From a virus, in the IMG/VR virus record IMGVR_UViG_3300030497_000005: a stretch of DNA of 41,127 bases; one strand, given 5' to 3'. This document shows, one piece after another, positions 21,401-28,142 of the stretch (the first letter of the stretch is position 1; every line of letters starts with the position of its first letter). A program made the position numbers and the translations under genes. The notes below the pieces were generated by a model, which saw only the letters and a program-made list of their open reading frames with translations, was not told where the DNA came from and ran no database searches.

Positions 21401-21768
21401 AAATAAAAGCTCAATTGCCAAATGCAAAAATAGCTATCACTTTATTTGCTGACGATCCAGGGACTTATTTTAAAGAACTTTACCCTGATATCTCAGACAG
21501 CGATATGAGGTATCTGCATGATAGAACAAGGCCATATATCACTGCTTTGTTTGAACACTTTGCTAATTCAACGGATGTGGAGTTGCTACCTTTCTACTTT
21601 GTTATGCCACCAGCTGTAAGCTTAAGTTATAGATGGGTAAGAAATGACGAAGGAAGGTTAGTTAAAGTACCTTTCGGACCTGCAAGCAATGATTATCATT
21701 CAAATGGATATGCTCATACTGCTTGGGGTCATCAATTATATGCATGGATTAAGTCAACTTTAGTATAA
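18475..21768 (+). CDS. tail fibre / receptor-binding protein with C-terminal SGNH (GDSL) esterase domain
   Basis: 1097 aa. Block I FTIGDSTVEG (GDS at 20725-20733) and block V NDYHSNGYAH near the C-terminus. Confidence 0.75.
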   Translation: MALFHANIDPVYLIKRLGTDESPFIPINQPLTVKYGRVILKEFPDFTEKVTVVNDGGLTFEEVTTAELGEQEYRVDYTTGAVFFHISQEGKKFNFSYLGTGYLNIPASRVSVDDSNTNGEIITIQDILDAQGNIVNRLTDTQVEIKSIEDLVTNNKVVKSIDYEANKTEVTQRLSQKAEQTYVDNALANITDGSPKELFYSVNALKSKYPSGSIGTMLVYDATHVDGAHSYFWNGTTWEDLGLYQGSKVAAASLSGDELNKNAIKPRKLFGTQVYNVFNKDTALINQRIVYTNGVASITNDNNWAVSDYEAVTAGETFTIEKATVAGTTLVVYFDSNKKPISDFKSPTSFAKTTYTVPTNAYFKRTNVIIDKGIDTAMIAVGSTYPTVYYPYQKAKVNWIDLDEVYAEINNTNKSLDSKAKELTENISNVNNALENNLVIEDILQGKTINRVGAPSDIAAQYYGFSNRIAKLGAPIKKIKMHQKFVVAGAMYKCELRSDDRTTLYGTASATTPLADGSIGLIEFVFDTPIDISEANFYVVVYSSTTGAFVSSSKDTTLRTAICTADSSKGNLYFPNPTNSGSGGWSVSPVNSYYMQLEFYSRENNILPLDKSIGIEKLTEDIQAQLSVIKNPLSLFLPKKIFTWGNAINGDYVGARVPRVSLYLDHAIPWGTDVSGMRFLNTSQKNRLDFYTPYPLDWTLTTINDGKAKQEISKAFTVVGDKIQDITASITQVSVRNDVGADKVVALFTIGDSTVEGANAFITLPDGTQVWAPFWHVVAQQFAMDSIEANDANKYRFVALGTRAGKGGPATVNHLGKTRNIITATGGESGSKLADHLRYVSQKRPSQATWDLLGLGNGTGTDYTGTAAQKDLIAQTAEVYTGTEADYRGNNPFFDQNKTGNNRFSIAKWLERYRTLDDNGNRLALGSGTGTKVTSSNINILNVCTPTHFLLQTGLNDWSQVSVAQYIADMDITVSEIKAQLPNAKIAITLFADDPGTYFKELYPDISDSDMRYLHDRTRPYITALFEHFANSTDVELLPFYFVMPPAVSLSYRWVRNDEGRLVKVPFGPASNDYHSNGYAHTAWGHQLYAWIKSTLV

Positions 21769-21853
21769 AATCTTTTATTTCTTACAATTAACACCTCAAT
21801 TGAGAACAGAAATAGTATAATAAAGATACTATATTTTAATTGGGGTGTAGCAT

Positions 21854-22672
21854 TTGAAAAAGGCACAAGGAATTAAGCTAGTCATATCAATTAGTTTAAT
21901 AGTTGGTATTTGTTTTGTTATCTTTGGAGCAATTCAGTTTAATAAAGATGCGAAAGCAAATGGTCAAAAAGCTTCTGCAGCACAGACAAAATACATAGAA
22001 GAGCTATCTGCACAAAAAGAAAAAGAAGAAGCAGAAGCAAAAGCAGAAGCAAAAAGAATTATCGATAGTCACAAAGGACAACAATTAGTTTACTCTCCAA
22101 TGGGTGACAGTATCGCTGAAGGGTATCTAGTTGGAGATAAAGAAAAATATGTATCCTTACTTACTGATCTCATTGAAAAAAACTTAGGATATGATGTAAA
22201 ACTAGAACCTATTGCAGTAAAAAGTGGTACTGGAATAAAAGATAATGGGCTACCTAATGTAGATAAGGTTATTGAGGAAAGTCCCGATTTCGTTACTATT
22301 GAGTTTGGTACAAATGATATGAATGAAACGCTGGATGCTTATTCTGAACCAGATGAGTTTGAAGACAATTTATCTAAATTAATTGGTAAGCTTCAGGATT
22401 CCAACAAGGAAATGAAAATATTGTTGGTCACTACATGGAAAAGCGGTAATGAATCTTTGCAATACGATAAGATTATCGAGAAAGTCGGAGAAGATAAAAA
22501 AGTACCTGTAGCAAATATTCAACCTACATGGAAAGGCCGTTCGGATACTGTCACAGAGAAATTTAAAGAAGTCAGCGATGGAATTAAAAGTGATGGTTGG
22601 CATCCTAATGTATTAGGACATGAATTAATTGCTAATAAAATTTATGGTAAAACATACGACTTGTTAAAGTAA
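21854..22672 (+). CDS. membrane-anchored SGNH/GDSL esterase
   Basis: N-terminal TM (LVISISLIVGICFVIFGAIQF). Blocks GDSIAEGY, EFGTNDM and DGWHPNVLGH. TTG start after GGGGTG. Confidence 0.8.
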   Translation: MKKAQGIKLVISISLIVGICFVIFGAIQFNKDAKANGQKASAAQTKYIEELSAQKEKEEAEAKAEAKRIIDSHKGQQLVYSPMGDSIAEGYLVGDKEKYVSLLTDLIEKNLGYDVKLEPIAVKSGTGIKDNGLPNVDKVIEESPDFVTIEFGTNDMNETLDAYSEPDEFEDNLSKLIGKLQDSNKEMKILLVTTWKSGNESLQYDKIIEKVGEDKKVPVANIQPTWKGRSDTVTEKFKEVSDGIKSDGWHPNVLGHELIANKIYGKTYDLLK

Positions 22673-22698
22673 AAGGGCCTTTTTATAGGCTCTTTTTT
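22671..22698 (+). terminator. terminator after SGNH esterase gene
   Basis: AAAAGGGCC pairs with GGCTCTTTT (one G-T pair), followed by a T run. Confidence 0.55.
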
Positions 22699-22748
22699 AT
22701 TGCCTTTTAAGGAGGTGAATCGTTTGTATATAGAGAAAAAAGGGGGAG

Positions 22749-23024
22749 ATGAGGATGCAGACTCAGGGGGTGGAACCAGTTGTGGATATTTGGCAGCAAA
22801 GCGTACAGAAGGACATAATTGAAATGAAAGAGGATATACGTAAGTTGCAAGATAAAACACTACTTCAAGATCAGTCAATATCAACATTACAATCAACGTT
22901 GACGGATATAAAAGACGATACAAAATGGTTAAAAAGAACAATAACAGCAGCATTGATAACAGCGGTTTGCACTGGAGTAATTGGCGGAGCAATCGCTATT
23001 TTTTATAATCTTTTACAGAAATAG
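22749..23024 (+). CDS. xhlA: XhlA-like lysis accessory protein
   Basis: Coiled-coil N-terminus plus a single C-terminal TM (ITAALITAVCTGVIGGAIAIFY). Positioned before the holin, as in PBSX-type lysis cassettes. Confidence 0.7.
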   Translation: MRMQTQGVEPVVDIWQQSVQKDIIEMKEDIRKLQDKTLLQDQSISTLQSTLTDIKDDTKWLKRTITAALITAVCTGVIGGAIAIFYNLLQK

Positions 23025-23026
23025 GA

Positions 23027-23275
23027 GTGATTCAAATGGATAAAGGAACATTGATTAGAACCATTGTATTGTTTATTGCTTTGTTAAATCAATTCTTAGT
23101 GAGTTTCGGCTTGTATGAAATACCAGGCACAGCTGAAGAACAAACAGCACTATTATCAGCAGTATTTACCTTTGTTACGGCAGCTATTGCTTGGTTTAAA
23201 AACAACTACATCACAGCTAAAGGTAAGAAACAAAAAGATTTATTGGTTGCACACAATTTAGCTAAGGAAAAGTAA
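23027..23275 (+). CDS. holin
   Basis: 82 aa with two hydrophobic helices and a basic C-terminus (KGKKQKD); immediately upstream of the endolysin gene. Confidence 0.8.
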   Translation: MIQMDKGTLIRTIVLFIALLNQFLVSFGLYEIPGTAEEQTALLSAVFTFVTAAIAWFKNNYITAKGKKQKDLLVAHNLAKEK

Positions 23276-23407
23276 GTCTCCTATAAAGGGGGCTTTTTTA
23301 TTTGGAGGTGGCTGCAGTGTTAAGGAAAATCAAATGGTTCTTCAGCAAGGTAGATCCTACAGAACAAAACATTTTATTAAATGAAAAATATTAAGGGGAT
23401 GATTTAA

Positions 23408-24304
23408 ATGGGTTTCACACCAACATATCATGAAAGAAACTTAAAAAATATCGCTAATCTTGGAGACAATACAAAAAAGGCTGCTATCACTTGGTACACA
23501 TGGCTAATAGCGAATGAAATTGATGTACTTATTTATGAAACAATTCGTACACTGGAAACACAAAGAGGATACTTAGCAAGCGGGAAATCTCAAACACTTA
23601 AATCCTATCATATAGTTGGGCAAGCATTGGATTTTGTTCCTGTAGACGGAAAAACAACTTTGTGGAGTGGATATGGTAAGGCAACAATTAAAAAGGCTAT
23701 TGCTAAGGCTAAAGAACTTGGATTTGAATGGGGTGGGGATTGGAAAGGATTCATAGACCAACCACATTTGCAGTTTAACTTCAAAGGATACGACACAGAC
23801 ACATTTAAGACTAAAGGCAACACGATTACGATTTCCCTAGGTGTCAACGAAACACCAAAAGAGGACGTTGCAGCAGTTGTAAAAGATACAAAGGAAACAA
23901 TTGCAGATACTAATGGGAACCCGAATATAAAGGAATTCCAATCATTTCTTAATAACTACACGAAGAAAGCTAATTTTAAAGAGTTGGTTGTAGATGGATA
24001 CGATGGTCCCAAAACATTGGTTGCAGCAATTCGAGTTTATCAATATTTTGCAAAAGTAACTATTGATGGAGTATTCGGCGCAAAATCAAAAGCAGCTTGC
24101 CCAGTTGTAGAACCTGGAACAACATGGAGCAAATGGACTCGACTTGTTCAAGGATTGTTATACATTCACAGTTACAATCCTAATGGATTTGACGGTATAT
24201 ATGGAAAAGGTTGCACAAATGCAGTAAAAGAATTTCAGAAAGATAATGGATTAAAGGCAGATGGTGAAGCTGGACCAGCAACTTTCAGTAAATTCTTTAG
24301 TTAA
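23408..24304 (+). CDS. endolysin: M15/VanY-like peptidase plus two PG-binding repeats
   Basis: SYHIVGQALDFVP...GGDWKGFIDQPHLQF (LAS metallopeptidase His/Asp/His). C-terminal DGYDGPKT... and DGIYGKGCTNAVKEFQKDNGLKADGEAGPATF repeats. Confidence 0.9.
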   Translation: MGFTPTYHERNLKNIANLGDNTKKAAITWYTWLIANEIDVLIYETIRTLETQRGYLASGKSQTLKSYHIVGQALDFVPVDGKTTLWSGYGKATIKKAIAKAKELGFEWGGDWKGFIDQPHLQFNFKGYDTDTFKTKGNTITISLGVNETPKEDVAAVVKDTKETIADTNGNPNIKEFQSFLNNYTKKANFKELVVDGYDGPKTLVAAIRVYQYFAKVTIDGVFGAKSKAACPVVEPGTTWSKWTRLVQGLLYIHSYNPNGFDGIYGKGCTNAVKEFQKDNGLKADGEAGPATFSKFFS

Positions 24305-24308
24305 GTGA

Positions 24309-24339
24309 AAAAGCCCTTCTCGTTACGAGAGGGGCTTTT
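24309..24339. terminator. bidirectional terminator between endolysin and minus-strand cassette
   Basis: AAAGCCCTTCTCG / CGAGAGGGGCTTT stem with a 3-nt loop, A run upstream and T run downstream. Confidence 0.75.
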
Positions 24340-24625
24340 ATTCCCAAGGTGCTTTCCAATCCTCGAAAGCTATGCGTTTTTCTTTATCCAAGACAGCCTG
24401 CAGGCCAGCGGTTATGTCATGACGCGTATTGTATTTCACGCTCTTCACTTCAATATCATAAGGATACTCCCTGCGCACACGGTCAAACCATTGATAAGTC
24501 AAGCGCACAGCTTCTAAATTTGGATTAACAGCAAACTTCTTCTCATTCACTTCAAAGCTTGCACGTCTCTTTCCAATCGATTCATTTGAAGTTACATATT
24601 CCAAGTCAATCAGTATTTCTTTCAT
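24338..24625 (-). CDS. hypothetical 95-aa protein (moron-like)
   Basis: SD AAAGGA followed 9 nt later by ATG. The start overlaps the stop of the upstream mini-ORF (ATGA). No recognisable motif. Confidence 0.6.
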   Translation of the reverse strand: MKEILIDLEYVTSNESIGKRRASFEVNEKKFAVNPNLEAVRLTYQWFDRVRREYPYDIEVKSVKYNTRHDITAGLQAVLDKEKRIAFEDWKAPWE

Positions 24626-24786
24626 GTGTGCGCATCCTTTAACTGTTGTAACTGTTCTGTAGTCATTAAACCCTTATTATACGATTCTATGAATATATCA
24701 AGGATTTCAACGCTATTTGTTGCATTAACTGGAGGTTTGATGTTTGCAAGAAGGCAGTAGCGGATTAAATAGTCTGTAAGCTGCAT
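24622..24786 (-). CDS. hypothetical 54-aa protein, translationally coupled to the 95-aa ORF (not in ORF track)
   Basis: MQLTDYLIRYCLLANIKPPVNATNSVEILDIFIESYNKGLMTTEQLQQLKDAHT. SD AAAGGAG lies 11 nt upstream, and the TGA overlaps the next ATG. Confidence 0.45.
   Translation of the reverse strand: MQLTDYLIRYCLLANIKPPVNATNSVEILDIFIESYNKGLMTTEQLQQLKDAHT
24626..24637. repeat. 12-bp inverted repeat arm GTGTGCGCATCC
   Basis: Perfect reverse complement of 24918-24929. Confidence 0.95.
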
Positions 24787-24917
24787 GAAAGATGTCGCTC
24801 CTTTAGTTAGGTAAGTAATGTCTAATTTATTTCAGTATAACAGGACTCACGTTCGTTTTAAAGGATTTTTACAGGAACATTTGTTCTGTTTTTGTTTTGA
24901 GTAATTTAAACAAGGTA

Positions 24918-24929
24918 GGATGCGCACAC
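24918..24929. repeat. 12-bp inverted repeat arm GGATGCGCACAC
   Basis: Perfect reverse complement of 24626-24637, with 280 bp between the arms. Confidence 0.95.
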
Positions 24930-24942
24930 CTTAAGGGGTTAA

Positions 24943-25584
24943 CTATTTCATCTTGAAGTAAATACCTGGTGTTTTATTTACTGGAGTTTTCTTCTGTTTG
25001 TATTTTTCAATGTTTCCTTTTAAATCATGGATGCTGTTAACCTGACTAATCTTAAACGGATATTCTTCACGATTAAACTGCATGTTAAGTTTTCCGATGA
25101 TTAATACATTAGGAAACTTTTCTATAAAACCTTTTTCATAAAAAGATTTATATTTATCAAGCTTATCAGACAGTTGTTTAGTGCTAAATAAGCTGTTTTG
25201 GCACTCTATAAACCATTTCCTTCCTAACCAATCTGCAAAGCCGTCAGAAATGAAATCTGCGCCTTCTAGCTTACGCTCAACCTCAAATGAAGTTTTCCTA
25301 TCGTAGCTCAACATATCTACATATGTTTGACCAATCATCAAATGGTGGTCAAGTTTTGCAGAATTTATTTTAATAGCAGAGGGATTTAGGTAGTATAAAT
25401 AATGTTGAAAAGGTCGGTCTGTATTTGCTTGTATATAGCCATCTTGTCGTAATCGTTTTAACACGCGGTTTGCTGTTTTCAGTGGATCTGCATTACTTGA
25501 GAAGTGAAGCGCAGCTATCATTTTAGAGTCCATTACTTTAAATTTTTCTAAGGTACTCAGTATCTCTAAATCTCTTTTTCTCAT
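24943..25584 (-). CDS. replication-relaxation family protein
   Basis: N-terminal winged-helix-like MRKRDLEILSTLEKFKVMDSKMIAALHF...ANRVLKRLRQDGYIQ. SD TAGGAGTG followed by ATG 25584 (track start 25629). Lies 13 nt after the FtsK stop. Confidence 0.7.
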   Translation of the reverse strand: MRKRDLEILSTLEKFKVMDSKMIAALHFSSNADPLKTANRVLKRLRQDGYIQANTDRPFQHYLYYLNPSAIKINSAKLDHHLMIGQTYVDMLSYDRKTSFEVERKLEGADFISDGFADWLGRKWFIECQNSLFSTKQLSDKLDKYKSFYEKGFIEKFPNVLIIGKLNMQFNREEYPFKISQVNSIHDLKGNIEKYKQKKTPVNKTPGIYFKMK

Positions 25585-25597
25585 GATGTACACACTC

Positions 25598-26761
25598 CTA
25601 TGCAAATAAATCATCATTAGGGTTTTCATTTAATTCTGGTAAAGGTTCATTTACATTCTTAGCAGGGCCTTTCATGATACAGTAAGGGTTTAATATTTTT
25701 TTAGCTTCCTTAAAGGTTAAATGAGGACTTTGAAGCTCCATCAATTCTCCAGCATTTAAAATTAATCGTCCCATTTGGTCGAGCTTAATCTTTTCGGCTC
25801 CTTTTGTACCAAGTAACATGGCATTTGTTTTGTCTACTGTTCGGAAGCTCATACGAATACTAAAATTACTTCTTGCTTTCGTATTCATCACATCTGCATC
25901 CATCCGTTGTGCAGAAGCAAGTAATAGTACACCTGTTGCACGTCCTTTGCTAGTTATCTTTATTATGTTTTGCATTATTTCTTTATGGTCCATGTATTCA
26001 ATAAACTCATCAACAGCAACTAAAATTATTTTCTGCTTATGCTCAGGTGGTAAATCCGTTACATGCGGTACTTCATAAAGATCCAAAAGTTCTTCTCTTC
26101 TGTACATCTCTTTAACCACTTTATTTAAAACCTTGTGCGCATCTCTGGCCGAATAAACTACCTGTTGCACATGCTCTACCTTTTTGAACAAACCGAACTC
26201 AGCCCTTTTTCCATCAATACAATAGATATCTAGTTCAGATGGCTTTTTATATTGGATGAGCGTAGACAGAATGACACGAATAGAGGAGCTTTTACCACTT
26301 CCACTTGCTCCTTGAATAATGACATGAGGAAAATCTAAATTCTCTAGTACAATGTACTGTCCGTTGTTTTTCTTACCAACAACAATTGGCATAATCATTT
26401 CATCTAAATAGGGGGCTATTTCCTTGTAATTATAGAGAAGGTTTGATTTTAGAGGATTATCATATATGGTAAGTGTAAATGTTTTGGTATCACCTTTCAG
26501 AGCAATTGCGTTACCAAATATTTGTTCAAACACATAGTACTTCTTCATAGTCATTTCCTTTGGATCTAAGCCATTCAGTAAAGAAAACACTATTTCTGTG
26601 CAATTCTCCTTATCTTTACGCTTTATAGAATGAATGGGAGGGTATGCATAAATTGATTTATCGCCAAGTTTAGATGTCATAAACAAACCCGATCGCCTGA
26701 AAAATTGTTTTAATTTATATCTGTATTTAGTTTTAAACAATTGCTGTTGAATGTAGTTCAT
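25598..26761 (-). CDS. FtsK/SpoIIIE-family DNA translocase / coupling-protein-like ATPase
   Basis: Walker A GASGSGKSS, Walker B KIILVAVDEF, soluble N-terminus; SD GAGGTG. Confidence 0.9.
   Translation of the reverse strand: MNYIQQQLFKTKYRYKLKQFFRRSGLFMTSKLGDKSIYAYPPIHSIKRKDKENCTEIVFSLLNGLDPKEMTMKKYYVFEQIFGNAIALKGDTKTFTLTIYDNPLKSNLLYNYKEIAPYLDEMIMPIVVGKKNNGQYIVLENLDFPHVIIQGASGSGKSSSIRVILSTLIQYKKPSELDIYCIDGKRAEFGLFKKVEHVQQVVYSARDAHKVLNKVVKEMYRREELLDLYEVPHVTDLPPEHKQKIILVAVDEFIEYMDHKEIMQNIIKITSKGRATGVLLLASAQRMDADVMNTKARSNFSIRMSFRTVDKTNAMLLGTKGAEKIKLDQMGRLILNAGELMELQSPHLTFKEAKKILNPYCIMKGPAKNVNEPLPELNENPNDDLFA
26134..26143. repeat. third copy of TGTGCGCATC
   Basis: Identical 10-mer to 24627-24636, located inside the FtsK-like gene. 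Confidence 0.9.
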
Positions 26762-26778
26762 TTCTGCACCTCACAAAA

Positions 26779-27114
26779 TTAAAATGTATGGATTATCCCT
26801 AAATAAAGGAACAGATAAAAGGCCATTGGAAATAGAAGCTTAGTGGTCATAGCAATAGCATCCGCAACTATTTCATTGCCTGTGCTTCGGAAGAAATATT
26901 CTCCTGCAATGCTAAGAATAGCAACTGCAAACACTCCAAAGACAACAAAGAACGGCTCATTAAATGGCGATCCCCATATATCGGAGTGAGTGATATCTAT
27001 ACCTGCAATTCCATATAATCGTAAAGGGTGTGCTCTGGTAATTTCTTTAGGCTGGTCGGCTGTTAGAAATTCCTTTATAGAGGACACCTTTTTTATTTTC
27101 GTCATGTATAACAT
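26779..27114 (-). CDS. small membrane protein (2-3 TM)
   Basis: FFVVFGVFAVAILSIAGEYFF and LLFPMAFYLFLYLGIIHTF hydrophobic segments. SD AAAGGATGA. Lies 17 nt upstream of the FtsK start. Confidence 0.65.
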   Translation of the reverse strand: MLYMTKIKKVSSIKEFLTADQPKEITRAHPLRLYGIAGIDITHSDIWGSPFNEPFFVVFGVFAVAILSIAGEYFFRSTGNEIVADAIAMTTKLLFPMAFYLFLYLGIIHTF

Positions 27115-27157
27115 AGGTGATCATCCTTTTTTCATTATTTCATCGTGCTTATCCTAA

Positions 27158-27439
27158 CTAAACAAAAAGTAGGCAAATGAAATCCATAACAAACTGAACA
27201 GCATGCAGAATTATTTCGGATTTATAGAAACCTATTGTGTCCGAGATGTTATGTCCTTCTTGTACGAAGCTATCTAAAATAAACTTACTGTTATCAAGGA
27301 GTGTATCTGGTCTACTTATTAAATAATCTTTCGTAAGAGTCCAAAGATGAGTAGGTACAGGTTGCATGCCGTTCTCTATAGCTTGATGAATTCTTTCGTA
27401 ATCACCTGACATTGCTACACTGTTAATACGTATTAACAT
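27158..27439 (-). CDS. hypothetical protein with hydrophobic C-terminus
   Basis: First gene of the minus-strand operon. ATG 27439 lies 10 nt after AAAGGA (track start GTG 27448). Confidence 0.55.
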   Translation of the reverse strand: MLIRINSVAMSGDYERIHQAIENGMQPVPTHLWTLTKDYLISRPDTLLDNSKFILDSFVQEGHNISDTIGFYKSEIILHAVQFVMDFICLLFV

Positions 27440-27756
27440 CCGAAGCACATCCTTTTTAATTTTTGGTTTCCCCCTCGCGCTCCCCCTTCCCCATTCGCTC
27501 CTTTCTCTCGCTCTTAATCTTTTTAAAAATGTTTATTCTATTGGATTGGACAATATAAAACTATGGTTAGGTTAACTAGAGTATTATCTGTTGATATAAC
27601 TAGGGTTGGAACTATAGTTTCGCTTGATGGTAAAGTATATACGGACTACTTGGACCAGTTTCCTAATTAGTACATAAAATTTTCAAAATTATAACGTATA
27701 GATTTCTTTGTTCTTGTCCAAACAATAAGTATGAATACATTAAGGGAGCGGTAAAT

Positions 27757-27987
27757 ATGTTTGGATTATTCGAAGGGAAACCAAGAACAAAGATTGGTAG
27801 GTTCTTAGATCAACGCGGAATTACTCAGGAGTGGTTAGCAGCAAAAACAAAGGTTAACCGTAATACAATAAGCAGGATTGCCAGTGATAAAGATTATGAA
27901 CCTCGTTTATCAACCATTAAGAAACTAATGAAGGCTATTAATGAAGTTGATCCTAACAAAAAGATGGATGATTTCTTTGATTTATAA
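27757..27987 (+). CDS. XRE-type HTH regulator (76 aa)
   Basis: GRFLDQRGITQEWLAAKTKVNRNTISRIASDKD is a helix-turn-helix motif. Divergent from the FtsK operon. Confidence 0.75.
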   Translation: MFGLFEGKPRTKIGRFLDQRGITQEWLAAKTKVNRNTISRIASDKDYEPRLSTIKKLMKAINEVDPNKKMDDFFDL

Positions 27988-28013
27988 AGGTATTTCATTC
28001 TTGTATGTGTAAT

Positions 28014-28040
28014 AAAAGACACTAATAACAAGTGTCTTTT
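28014..28040 (+). terminator. terminator after HTH gene
   Basis: AAAAGACACT / AGTGTCTTTT perfect 10-bp stem with a 7-nt loop. Confidence 0.75.
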
Positions 28041-28044
28041 AATT

Positions 28045-28098
28045 TTGTATACTTTTGTAATACACACTATTGCAAAATGTAATACAAAAGTATACAAT
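28045..28098 (+). promoter_or_regulatory. par promoter embedded in centromere-like inverted repeat (parC candidate)
   Basis: Perfect 15-bp inverted repeat TTGTATACTTTTGTA (28045-28059) / TACAAAAGTATACAA (28083-28097). It encloses -35 TTGCAA (28070-28075), a 17-nt spacer and -10 TACAAT (28093-28098). GTAATA(C/A)A motifs are repeated at 28009, 28057, 28079 and 28109. Confidence 0.5.
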
Positions 28099-28142
28099 TA
28101 CTTCAAAAGTAATAAAACACATTGAGAATGGAGTTGGTTTTA

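Noticed and set aside
22642-22992. Minus-strand 116-aa ORF overlapping the XhlA-like gene
   Set aside because: It is antisense to the lysis cassette, crosses a terminator and has no SD.
23317-23394. 25-aa ORF (VLRKIKWFFSKVDPTEQNILLNEKY) between the holin and endolysin genes
   Set aside because: It has a good SD (GGAGGTGG) but is very short, with no supporting feature. It cannot be supported from sequence alone.
24305-24517. Plus-strand 70-aa ORF after the endolysin gene
   Set aside because: It starts inside the bidirectional terminator hairpin, has no SD and has an implausible composition. The opposite-strand 95-aa ORF has an SD and translational coupling.
27468-27500. G-quadruplex on the minus strand
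   Set aside because: Only three G4-5 runs are present, so a canonical four-run G4 cannot form.
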